64,000 nucleotides of DNA from NCBI GenBank assembly GCA_012295275.1, contig CM022679.1, positions 15,748,001 to 15,812,000 of the forward strand, given 5' to 3'. The number at the start of each line of letters is the position of its first letter. Position 1 is the stretch's first letter. Below the pieces are notes generated by a model. That model did not search any database, was not told the origin of the DNA, and saw nothing but the letters and a program-made list of their open reading frames with translations. Shown piece by piece: positions 14,006-26,474 of this stretch. The DNA comes from Chrysomallon squamiferum. Taxonomy: Eukaryota; Animalia; Mollusca. Made by a program: the position numbers and the translations under genes.

Positions 14006-14749
14006 AATAATTTAAAAAAATAATGAGAAGAAGGTGAAGAAGAAGAAAAATGAAGAAGAAGAATACAATATATTACAGGAAATAAATATTACAAAATTAC
14101 TGTATTAGTCTATTACAATATTCACGTATTACGAAAACGTATTAAAATAATTTAAAGAAACATTCAAAAACGTAGAAAAACGCTAATCTTCACATGACAG
14201 AGAGTCGAGAGTCTCATGTATATGTATAATTTTATATGTTTTTTTTTTTACCTATATATGTATAAATAACCACATATAAAATTAAAAAGTAGAAAGATAC
14301 TTTACAACTAATTTATAACTGACATAATTTGCTAATAACCAAGACCTGAGACATTCCAACCCAGCACATAAATTACACGAAAACCTATTTTCTCTGAAAA
14401 TAACTCTTTGCCTTCTCTACTCGAGGGAGCAGACTCTTCCATGGAATATTAATACATCAATTTTCTTATTGGAAATCCGATAAGCCCTTCGGATTAATTT
14501 GCTATGTTTAATTTCATACAGGATAACCCCACGTTAGATAAACAACACCAACAAAGATTCCATCGTACATTTCATAAGTGAAATCGACAATGACACGTTG
14601 TCGCGCGCGTTCGAGTGAGTGATCGCGAGCAGCTGGGTGTTAAATAGCTAGAGTAGTCTCTCTTTGGGGCCAAACAAACGTGTCCATAGCTGTGTCGCAT
14701 GCACGTGTGAGAAAAAAAGATTTCTCTTGAGCAGAGAAATGTATGAATT

Positions 14750-14752
<3 letters not shown>

Positions 14753-14817
<65 letters not shown>
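14753..14817. repeat. (AG)n microsatellite flanking a CpG-rich island
   Basis: Directly visible. Confidence 0.95.
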
Positions 14818-14819
<2 letters not shown>

Positions 14820-15114
14820 CGTGTAATGTTATAGACTTTATCATTGTTATATTTCTATAACTCTCTAAATGGAACTGAATTAATTACTTATATTTACATT
14901 TATTTATTTATTACTAGTATAATATGACATGCATTGTAGAAATGTGTCATTTTTTCATAGTTATTAAATTAATCCCTTTGGTAACAACGTATCTTCCTTA
15001 TTTCCGTTCAAGTATCTGAATGTTTTAGAGAAATGTCTCTGTTTCATACAAATTTCTGTTTTTATTTCAGTTAAGAATATGGAATTAAGCTCCAGTGATA
15101 CAGGTTTTTAACAG

Positions 15115-15170
<56 letters not shown>

Positions 15171-15554
15171 TTATAATTGCTGGAATAGTAAATAGATATT
15201 TTTTTTTTGGTGATATCATTTATACAGTACCTCTTTCTTATACATATATAAATAAAAATATAAACATATATATATATATATATATACATACATACATACA
15301 TACACATATCAATGCATACATACATACAAACGATGATAACTATAAGAATGATGATAACTATAAGAAGAACAACAGCATCAAAAACAACAGCAACAACAAC
15401 AGTAAAAATAAAAAATAGTTAAAAAGTTTAAAATATGTGAAATATATTTATTTGTTTGTTGTATTTATTTATTTATTTATTTATTTTTATTTTTTTTTTT
15501 TTTTTTTTTTTTTTTTATTTATTTATTTATTTATTTATTTATTTGTTTGTTTGT

Positions 15555-15585
<31 letters not shown>

Positions 15586-16184
15586 TCTATTTATTTGATA
15601 TCAGTAGAATCCGGTAAAGAACCTAGACATATGAATCTGAGTGTGAATTTTCTATTGTTAAACACTGATAATACACACAAGCATCTGTACAAGCAGCCAT
15701 AATCAAAATGTTTTTGTCAGCGTGCCACTGGTTATTTATTTACTTATATTTGTCTGTCTGTCTGTGTATCAGTCTGTCATCCTGTTGTCTATCTGTCCGT
15801 CTATTCATTGCAATAACAATTTTGTTTTTGTTTTAATATTAATATTTTTAGTAGTGCATGGTTGATTATAAAATAATAGCCAAACGAAACAAAATAATAA
15901 GAACATTAAAATTGTGTTGAATATTATTATTAACATAAGTGTGTATATTTATTTGCATGTTTGAGTTTCTTATTTTATACTGATTATTTCAAACGCAACA
16001 GAAAGTTATATAAAATATATATATTTGAGAATACAAATCATTCTTTCTTTCGCTGATAACAGTAAAGCTGCAGGGAAATACGCTAGGACTGTAAAAGTGC
16101 AGTACATTTCTTTTTTTGTTTTGTGTTTGAACATCAAAACTTGCAGCTGCATTTGTACTTTGCATTATAATAATAATAATAATA

Positions 16185-16216
<32 letters not shown>

Positions 16217-16280
16217 AATAAATTAATAATAAGACCAGGACTCCTAATTTATCTTACGTAGACAATCCTGTCTTGAGTAT

Positions 16281-16362
16281 ATTATTATTATTATGATTAT
16301 TATTACTACTATTATTATTATTATTTTTATTATTATCACCATCATCATCATCATCATCATCA

Positions 16363-16409
<47 letters not shown>

Positions 16410-16578
16410 GTTGCTCTTATTATTACTAGTATTTTTGTTATTGTTATTATTATTACTAGTATTTTTGTTATTGTTATTGATGCCTCATTGATAAATTATT
16501 TATTTATGTATTTCTTGCTTTTTTCTTTTATATACTGATTTCTTTCATTCGTTGCAATCATCATCTTCATTATTACTA

Positions 16579-16624
<46 letters not shown>

Positions 16625-16625
16625 T
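16281..16625. repeat. Compound (ATT)n/(CAT)n microsatellite with a 30-bp tandem duplication
   Basis: Visible trinucleotide runs; TTATTATTACTAGTATTTTTGTTATTGTTA is repeated at about 16417-16477. Confidence 0.9.
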
Positions 16626-16923
16626 GCTGTAATTGCTGATGTTTATGTTATTATTATCTATTTTGTAGTAGTTGTTACTATTTTCATTAATTTGTTTTGT
16701 TCTTTTATATATATTTATTTATTTATTTATTTATTTAGACACTGCTCTTTCCTAAACTAATAATGATTAAATCAATAAGAATGAAAATGTTATTACTAAT
16801 AATGTAGAATTATTTTGTATTTTGATATCACATATTCTTAAAGTTATTTCTTTCCGTTGAATAAGAATACAAACACTTTAATACATAAAAACATATATAT
16901 ATATATACTTTAATAAGTAAAAA

Positions 16924-16983
<60 letters not shown>

Positions 16984-17511
16984 TGTAAATGAAAGAAATG
17001 AATGATTGTTAAAATCAGGATTATCCTTGAATGTTTATATTTTATTTGAAATCGTATTTTAATTTAATTTTGATTATTATTTTTTAAAATATAATTCAAA
17101 CATAATGTGCGTCCATAATTTTAGAATAGATGAACATACATGGATATATTTAATTATAATAAAATCCACAACAAAAGGAACAACAGCAATAATAAAAACA
17201 ATAACAACAACAACAATAATACAGAAACAAGAACAGAAACAACTTGGTAAAAAAAAAAAAAATGATAATAACTTCAACAACAATAATAAAATAATATTGA
17301 TAATATTGATAACAATACTAAAGATAGCTGTTACAGAACTAAAACAGTAACTGTAACAACAACAGTAATAAGACAGTATTATTACTATAGTTATTTTATA
17401 TATGTATGTACGTGTGTTTGTATATATATATGTGTATACACATACACACAAATATATATAAGAAAGAGGTACAGTTTAAATGAAATAAAATATTTTAATT
17501 ATTCCCCAGCA

Positions 17512-17574
<63 letters not shown>

Positions 17575-17711
17575 TTAATATTAATAATAATAATAATAAG
17601 TATCATCATCATCATCATCATATTTATGATTATAATAATTTTAAAATAATTCCCAAACAGATAAATGCATCACTTCATGATTTAAAAAGACAAGTTTGAA
17701 AAATAACAACA

Positions 17712-17773
<62 letters not shown>

Positions 17774-18174
17774 TACTACTACTACTACTATTACTGTTGT
17801 TGTTGTTGCTGCTGCTGCTGTTGTTATTAAAATAATTGGAAAGTTTCTTTTTTAGTATTAGTTAATTATTTATTCTTATGTTATTTTATTATTACTGTGT
17901 TTATTTTTATTATTGTTGTTCTTGTCGTTATTATTATTGTTCAATTTATTTATTTATTTATTCATTTCATTTCATTTCATTTCATTTATTCTTCCCTTTT
18001 AAATCTTTACTTAATTTATTTTATTTTACTGTATTTTATTTATATTATTTTATTTTATATTATTTTTTTTTATATTATTTATTTATTTATTTATTTATTC
18101 ATTTATTTATCTATCTATCTATTTATTTCCTGTTTTTTTTTTCTTTTTTACTTTCAATTTATTACTTTATAAAT

Positions 18175-18213
<39 letters not shown>

Positions 18214-18397
18214 TCTCATCTCGAGGAAATACAAACGTGTTTCTTGTTAACAATTCAGATACGTGTTAATTCCTCGACTCCTGTAAATCACACACACAAC
18301 ATGTGACCTGAAATTGATTAGAATAAAATTCAAAACATTTCCTTCATAAATAAAAAATGTGAAAAAACCCAGTGAAAAACGACATCGCCTCACTTAC

Positions 18398-18421
18398 CCC
18401 CAGCAGCTGCGGTTTGTCCAT
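18398..18421 (-). CDS. Candidate alternative first coding segment MDKPQLLG of the second gene, within putative exon 18728-18398
   Basis: CAACATGG start context, 8 codons, then consensus donor GG|gtaagt in phase 0, compatible with the phase-0 open start of exon 7029. Upstream acceptor (t)n-actacag at 18729. Confidence 0.3.
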
Positions 18422-21074
18422 GTTGACAAGACAAGCTGGTTTCTTTGAAATGTGTCACAGTGCGGCAGTTTAGACATGCAAAGCGTGTACATTGGCCATT
18501 CCGATATGATAATAAAGCGTGTTTACCTTTTGTGGAATGCCTCTGTTCTGCGTGCTCCAGTTCAGCCGCCAGATTCACCCTTTAATACCCGCTAATACCA
18601 AAATACACCGTTTTCCCAACGGTATCTCTTTGTATATGCGCGAGAGCCAAGAATTTAGAAGCATGTTAAAACTGTTCTCTTTTGATATGCTTTTTCATTC
18701 ATTCGAAACTGTATGGTCTGGCTTCTTGCTGTAGTAAAAAAAAAAAAAAAAAAAAGTGAGATATGTCCGACTATTGTTTTTCATAGCCTTTGAAGAAATT
18801 TTACTTTTTCCATTCACAGGAACATGAATATAGAATTTTACTTTTTTCTTCTATTCTCTATTTCATTTATTTATTTTTCTTTCTAATTTGCACTTTATAG
18901 AAATAGTTATCCTGTATTGTATGAATTTATTGTCATCAACCTTATTTATGTAACTAGTCTGTTATTACTGTAACAGCGGCAAAGAAAAATGATTTTACTA
19001 GAATTACATTTGTTTATTTATTTGCTGTTTATCTGACAATTCTACTACTGTTAATAATAATCTTACTATTACCAGTATTATTTTTGTTGCTACCACTACT
19101 AGTTATAATAATAAATATGACGATAATAATGATGTTGATGATAATAATAATAATAATATTAATAATAATTGTTATTATTGTTATTTTATTTCTATTATTA
19201 TTATTATTATTATTATTGTGGTTGTTGCCGTTCTTGTTGTCATCGTCCTTATTTTAATAGTAATTAATAAATAAATATAAAAACAGAAAGAGAATTTTAA
19301 CTACATTTTTTATATATATATATAGATAAATCTGAATTTGAATTAAAAAATTTACAAACTATAACCAAATAATCCTTTACTATTTTACATGTAACGACAA
19401 TTTCAAAATAGTTAGTAGATGTATAGTATGTAAATATTTTCAATTATTGCATACCTTTATTTAAATTAACCATGTCTTTCAAATGAAAAATAAAATATTT
19501 TGAAATGCGTTAACCACAAATATATTTATTTTAATATACATATGTGTGTATGTGTATGTATATATATGTGTGTACACACTCACACACGAGCACATATCGT
19601 CTAAATCCATCATTTCATAAAACGGGGAGGAGCGGATTTAACTTTCAAGACGAAGTAGGTTTCAGTATAAGCAAGAATGCACTAAGCAGCAAATAACCGA
19701 TGAGTGAGTATTAACGTTCACAGTGGAGAATGGCAGGCAAATACTGAAAACTATAGCAAAGAGAGATAACACAAACTGATTGAAAGGACAAGAAGTCGAC
19801 AGTTGTCTTTCTTTGTGTGACGTATGACTCGGGCTATTTTATATTGAACAAATCATTATTTCTATTAGGGTTTGTTTTATTCTATTCTATTGTATTCTAT
19901 TTTCTGTTTGTTTCATTCATTATTTACATCTTTGATGTATCGTCTTTTTTTCCCATAATTGTTTTATTTACTAATTTTCATTATATTTTATTTTATTTTA
20001 TTTTATTTGCTTTGTTTTATTTTGATTTGTTTTGTTTGATTTCACAACATTTTATATTACTTTTTTATTTTCTAAAGTTGTTGTTGTTTTTGCTTTTGCT
20101 GCTGTTACTTTAATATTATTGTCGTTACTGCCGTTATTGTTGTTGTTGTTGTTGTTGCTCCTACTGCTGTTAATTCACTTGTCTCGTTGTTAGATCATAC
20201 ATTCATTAATCTATTGGTCACGCGCATCATCCGTATTACTATTTTTAGTTATTATTATTATTATTGTTTGTTGTTGTTGTTTATGTTGTTGTTATTGCGA
20301 TTGTTATAATTTGTTGTTATAATTTTCTTTTAATTATTAATACTATATGTTGTTGCTATTTACTTATTTGTTGTTATTTTTTTTTTTTTTTTTTTTTTTA
20401 TTCATTCATTCATTCATTCTCTGTGGGCATTGTCTTTCTTTGTTTAATACTGTACAAATCTTTATTTCTGTAAGGGCCTGTTTTGTTTTGTTTTGTTTTG
20501 TTTTGTTTTATTTTTTACTATATTCTCTTTTACTTCATTAATAATATTATTATATTCTGTTTTAAGTTATTTTGTACAATTTTATAATATTTTAATTTTA
20601 TTCTGTTTTGTTTTACTTTAGTTTTAGTTTTGTTTATTATTTTAATTATCTTTTTGTTTGTGTCTATTTTTACTGTTTATTTTTAAATTTTATTGTATTT
20701 TATTTTATTTATTTTTATTAATTTCACATTACATGATATTATAATATTACTGAACTTTATATTTTCTTCTTTTTTTCACTTTGTTTCCATTTAATTTGAT
20801 ATATTTTATTATTTCAGTTTAATGTTATATGATTTATTTTTTACAATGTTTTCTTTGATTTTTGTTTTATATTTTCAATTTTCATTTGTCTTTTTTCATT
20901 CATTTTACTTAATTAATAAACAATTTTGTTTTATCTTTATTTGTATATATTTATTTTTTCAAAATTTTAATTAATATTATTTAAATTTTAACAAATATTC
21001 TCCTTTGTAGTATTATTTTTTATCTTCTATTTTTTTAATTTGTAGCTATATTATTTTATTTTATTTCATTTTAT

Positions 21075-21118
<44 letters not shown>

Positions 21119-21135
21119 GTCTATCTATATCTATA

Positions 21136-21173
<38 letters not shown>

Positions 21174-21183
21174 CATACATACA

Positions 21184-21395
21184 CAGGGTGGCCCAAAAGT
21201 AGGTTTACAGTTATTACGTAGGCAATTTATTTTAAAATATAAGCATGTTTCAAGCATTTAAATTGCAAGCAGCAAGGAAAAAGAGTAAACACAAGTTAGA
21301 TCCGAGGAATATTTTATGTCACTTGTACATAGCAAGTAACTTCAAGCATATAAACGATAGTTTAATAACTGTAAACCTACTTTTGGGCCACCCTG
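21184..21395. mobile_element. 212-bp MITE (non-autonomous Tc1/mariner-superfamily-type DNA transposon)
   Basis: Perfect 33-bp terminal inverted repeats CAGGGTGGCCCAAAAGTAGGTTTACAGTTATTA at 21184-21216 and 21363-21395. TA follows on the right and CA precedes on the left (TA target duplication with one change). Inserted in a (TA)/(CA) microsatellite; no coding capacity. Confidence 0.9.
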
Positions 21396-22757
21396 TATAT
21401 GTGTGCGTGTGTGTATATATATTTAATACGCTTTTGATAAAGTTATTTTATTTCAAAAATTTATTATTCGATTTATAGATCATTAACTTTACTTTTATTT
21501 CATTTTATATATTTCCTGATTTAATTTTATTTTATTCTCACGTTATTTAAATTATTAGGAAAGAAAATTTTATTAATTAACTTTTGCATAGCTAAGGGAA
21601 ATAAGAGCTTATTTTAGACATTGATAGTCGAATTCAAGTTAGCTCCCTTTATTATTATTAAAATAATTTTTGGTAGAATAATAATTCTTAATTTTTATTC
21701 AGCGAATAAAGTGAGCAATTTTCTGGAAGTAATTATTACCTTTAAAAAAATAACTTTTGTGATGGAAAACTAAATTAATTTTACAAGTAATTCTTCACAA
21801 TATAAGTATTAAATTATTAAATTATTAAACAAAATTTATATAAATAGAAATAGGAAAGTTAAAAGAAATCAAAACAAAGACACTGGGTGATGTAAATTTT
21901 AATCTAATTACGAATAATATATTTGTAACAGAAAAGAAATTATGTAAATTTTTAAATCGATAAAATAATATAAAGATAGATAATCAGTGAAACACGTTTC
22001 TTTTCATGTTCCAAATTACTTGAGGATTATCTCCCTTATTTTAAGTGGCGCTGTTGTTTATTTATTTATTTATTTAATACTTATTTTTTGTTGACTGACT
22101 AAATAATTTTATTATTTTATTAATATATTTATATAAAACAGTTTAATTATATAAAATTTCTTAAATTCAGTCAATGTATAGTTTATTTTTTCAGATATAA
22201 ATTAAAATCATTTTTCTTACTGTGTCAGCTTATATTTTATGGAAGTTTGCTCAATTAATTTACATAAAACAGCGTTTTGAATCATAAAGCAGTTCATATT
22301 TCCTGTATATTAATGTACAGGATAAATACTTTTCAGCATTCAGTATATTTCATCGGGAATTGTTAATTATTTTTAATATATTATTTTATCTATTCCTTTA
22401 ACTTTTCTCATATATGTAGATAATAATTACCATAATTTATGAATCTTTGAAATTCTACCTTTAAATGTCAACAAGCAAAGCAATGCAAGGAATTAATTTT
22501 GTTTTGAATTATGTTTCCGTTATAAACAGTTTTTACACAAATAACATCACAAATGAAAGCAAACAAAAACAAAAAAATAATCATTTATTCTCAAAAGTGA
22601 ACAGTCTGAATTTACTGTTAAGGGGAAAAATATTAAAGAAAAATAATGAATGAAAAACAAAAATGAAAAGAAAGCAAACCATATAGAATAATGTATAGAG
22701 ACATCATTTATAAATAAACAGTACATTGTGCAAGATTTTATTTTAAAACTGCTTTTG

Positions 22758-22862
<105 letters not shown>

Positions 22863-23079
22863 TAATAATAATAATAATTAATATATAAATACATAAATCA
22901 TAAATAAGCATAAAGAAAGAAAGAAAACAAAACAAGAAAGAAAAGAACGAATGAAGAAAGACAGACAGAATGAAAAAATGGAAAGCATTAATAACAAGTT
23001 GAAAACCGTTAATGGTTTACTCTTCGTTCACAATCTGGATGATCTGAACTGTACACTCACGAGAAAAACGTTATCTCCT

Positions 23080-23778
23080 AAATTACGACATCAATATTTA
23101 TTTTAAACATATTTGTCTTTCCACAATAGCAATAACGATTTAGATGAAAAGTTTATACAGGTGCATCCGTTATTAAACAGACATTGTCGGAATTTTTATT
23201 ATTAATTATTTTTCTATTCTTTCTGGAACTAAAATTTAAAATGATTGTTCATTTTAACCTGTCACCTTTGTCACAAAATAAACGCAAAGGAAATATTTCA
23301 GGTGAAATTTGAGACATAATTCTAAAATAAATATATAAAAAATACGTAAAGTAATAAATTACCTAAATGTGATTCAGATTTAAATTTTTGTTGTTGTTGT
23401 CATATTCGATGTTTTGATTGTTCGTCCTAGTGATGAGCCAGTATTGTGAGTTGTTATAATAATGTGCTATTCACATACAGTAAACTACTACAACTTTATT
23501 ATATTACTACAACAACAACAACAAAGTCAAGACGTTTGAACAGGTTCCACGTTTATCTCAAACTGAGAACGTTAAGGGAAGCACTAAAAATGGTACAGAA
23601 ATAACAATCAATAAGCCGAATCAGGAATTTCACTTCCAGAGGATTTTAACTTTTCTTTTCAAATATTTCTTTCTTTAATTGTTTTTTAAAATTATTTTTC
23701 TTTTTAAGAACTGAGGAATATTCCCTGATAAGTTAACCTAGGATAAACATTTATCAGTCATCTGGCAACAATCCTTGA
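23080..23778 (-). other. Probable Dmbx 3' UTR with candidate AATAAA signals (near 23495, 23197 and 23100)
   Basis: Non-repetitive sequence following the stop codon, with TTTATT on the plus strand at these positions. The true cleavage site cannot be determined from sequence. Confidence 0.35.
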
Positions 23779-24183
23779 TCAAATATCTTGAAATATTCCC
23801 TGCGAAGCAATGTGTTGTCGCGCTCTGTAACGCAGACTCTCAATACTGGAAGTCAAAATGGCGTCTTTGGATGATGCGTTGGTGGAAGAGTTCAGCGAAG
23901 CATGCGCGGGAGGAGGTAGTCGAACGTTCTCAGGACGCGATGCTGGTGCAGGTGGAATATCTGGAATTGGTGGATGCGAGTAAAACGTGGGCCAGCTGTT
24001 CAACGTGTTTGCCCCACTTGGTGGAAAATGAAACATAGACATTTGTGGTATCCCAGAATGCATTTGGAACTGTTTCTGGAACATGGCGCTGGCCAGTGCC
24101 TGATGCTGGAGATTGAGGAGCCCCGAGCTGCGGCAGAGGATACTGATATGGAAACGTTGGACGACCGAGTCCGTGGTCGGGAG
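23779..24183 (-). CDS. Dmbx: Dmbx last coding exon with OAR motif (TSSIESLRYRARQHIASQGI), stop TGA at 23781-23779; phase conflict at its 5' end
   Basis: Polypyrimidine acceptor ttttttttactcaacag. ORF 23779..24207 ends in SSIESLRYRARQH, matching the OAR/aristaless consensus SSIxxLRxKAxxH found at the C-terminus of Dmbx proteins. See the frame finding. Confidence 0.88.
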   Translation of the reverse strand, partial: LPTTDSVVQRFHISILCRSSGLLNLQHQALASAMFQKQFQMHSGIPQMSMFHFPPSGANTLNSWPTFYSHPPIPDIPPAPASRPENVRLPPPAHASLNSSTNASSKDAILTSSIESLRYRARQHIASQGIFQDI

Positions 24184-25786
24184 CTGTTGAGTAAAAAAAA
24201 CAAACATAAAATGCGTTAATAAAAATTTAAAAAAAAGAAAGTAAAGAAACAGAAAAAAGATTAATCATTCGTCGATATTTCTGGGCATGAAAAGGAATAT
24301 TTGAATAAAGAGTGTGAGCATAAGCAGTTAATTATTTATGTTACTTTCGTCCGTTTTTATTTATTTATTTTAATTTCTTGTTTTTATAACAAGAACGGAA
24401 AAATTCAAGAATAACACTGAAAAACGTGCCAAAGAGTTATACTTGTAAAGACATAAATGCCCCTCATAAACAGTCACAAAAATTAAAAATAATTATTTTC
24501 ATATCTATCGTCAATAGCAAATAGAAAAAGGAAACGAAGTTCTGGAATTACATAAAACTAAATCTCATTTTAAGAATTCTTTCAAACATGATGATTATTT
24601 TCGTAACAAATTCAGTTTCGCTTATAAGAAAAGCTAAAAAATAAACATCATTCTCATCCTCCCTTTGCAAGTTGGATGCGGATGTGAACTTGTATCAGAA
24701 TTTTAAGCCAGATGAAATAACTACTGTGTCAATTAGACAAGCTGATGATAACAAGACGAGCAGCACGTCCTGGTGTCTCTAACTTGTATGTAAAGTAGAA
24801 GAGTAATTAAACAGACACGAATATGTCTAATTAGATCCACTTTGCATTGTCTTATCCGCACACAATCCTCTTAGGTTTGTCCCTCAGACACGATTGTAGT
24901 GAGGCGGAGAATCGTGGATAACAAATGTATTTTCGTTACGGAATCGCTCTCCGCCTGTCGCTGAAGAAACAGATTTTACTCTAAAGCCGATTAGCTACTG
25001 GAGTAAAGCCTCGTTAACTGGCTTCGACCGGAGAGCTTGAAGAAACACTCGTAAATGTTGTTTGCTTTTTGCTTCTTTTTTTCTTTTATGTTGTTTGTTT
25101 ATTTTGTTTATTTATTTATTTATTTTTATTTTTTTTTTTTTTTTTTCACTTTTTAAAAAAAGAGAAATAAAGCGATAGTTGCTTGATTTAAACTAAGCAA
25201 TGTGTTATTTTGTTAAATAAAATTTTAATACGATTAACACTTTTGAATCCATTCTAAGAATTATCGCTCTTTGAAGGACTGTTGCATCCGACATTCACGT
25301 CTTTGTGACAATAAACTGATTGGATGAAGGATAATCAACAAAAGCTCAACACATTTTAATATCAACGATTACATTTATAATTATAATGTAACGTGTCTAA
25401 CGATAATGTTACTTATATAACGATAACGTGACTTGTACAGTGACAATGTTACGCGTTTGATTATTATTATAATTAAGGAAATCAGAAGTCGCCACTGTCT
25501 GGTCTGCTTTCATCGATTAGCAGCAAAGATTGTTTTGTATAACGTTACCACTGAAAGAAAGGTATATTCGATGATATTTTATAAATCAATTCTCGAGACC
25601 GGAAATTCTTTTTAATTATGTGACTCTCTTGTCTGAGACGTCAAATTTTATCACAGAAGTACATGATTTAGATTTTAACTTGTATATTGAATCTTTTGAC
25701 GGTCATTTTTAATCACATTATTACGGATGAAAATGACGAGTAAAAACGGCTTAACATATTATTGAAAAATGCTCTTTTAGACTTAC

Positions 25787-25942
25787 TTTTAGTTTGATTT
25801 AAAGCATGGAGTTCCTGGTCGAGCGTTCTTTGGTCTAGAGGAGACAACGATGCTGATCTGTCTAAACTGTCTTTAAACAGTGACTCCTCTGATCTGCAAG
25901 GATCTCTCGAGTCTTCAGACTGGCCAGTGATGCATGGTTGTT
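25787..25942 (-). CDS. Dmbx: Dmbx coding exon 4 (156 nt, phase 1-1): EQPCITGQSEDSRDPCRSEESLFKDSLDRSASLSPLDQRTLDQELHALNQTK
   Basis: Acceptor aaattgcag, open frame continuing exon 3, consensus donor A|gtaagt at 25786. It is a GC-richer block between AT-rich introns and is absent from the ORF track. Confidence 0.75.
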
Positions 25943-25956
25943 CTGCAATTTAATAA

Positions 25957-25988
<32 letters not shown>

Positions 25989-26012
25989 ATATATTACATA
26001 GCTAAACGGGTG

Positions 26013-26045
<33 letters not shown>

Positions 26046-26158
26046 CATATAATATAAACAAATGATTTTTATAAAAAGCAAACTAGAAGAAAAGCAATTG
26101 AAATTTAAAATTTCTTTTACATGAAGATTTATATTAAATGGACATAAAATATGTTTAC

Positions 26159-26474
26159 CATTTGTTGGTGAATGTGGCTGCTGCTTTTCCGACATTCCTT
26201 CATGATTCGTGATGGAGTTTCGTTCAGATTTTCCATCAACAGATTCGACATCTACTGGGAAAGAAATGTCATCATTAGGTTCATTTTCGTCACTGTCTTC
26301 TTCGTTTTCATTGGCTGAATTTGATTCCTTGCCGTTATCTGTGCTAATGTTTTCTTCTTCCTTTTCACCGCTGGCAGAATCAGTATTTCCGGTTGATGTA
26401 CTTTCGCTTCCGGTCTTAGGTTTTACCGCTCTTTGCTTTTTTCGGAATTTTGCTCTTCGATTTTTGAACCATAC
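26159..26474 (-). CDS. Dmbx: Dmbx coding exon 3: VWFKNRRAKFRKKQR (helix 3, K50) plus acidic/Ser-rich linker
   Basis: Acceptor ctttgttaag|GTA TGG TTC AAA AAT CGA in phase 0, matching exon 2. Phase-1 donor ATG|gtaaac after 26159. Lies within ORF 25950..26495. Confidence 0.95.

Noticed and set aside
23775-24219. Plus-strand ORFs 23775..24038 and 23974..24219 (also 26209..26511)
   Set aside because: Antisense shadows of Dmbx coding exons.
24902-24956. Inverted repeat AGGCGGAGA/TCTCCGCCT in the last Dmbx intron as a possible miRNA
   Set aside because: Two short stems are separated by a large internal loop, which is not Drosha-like.
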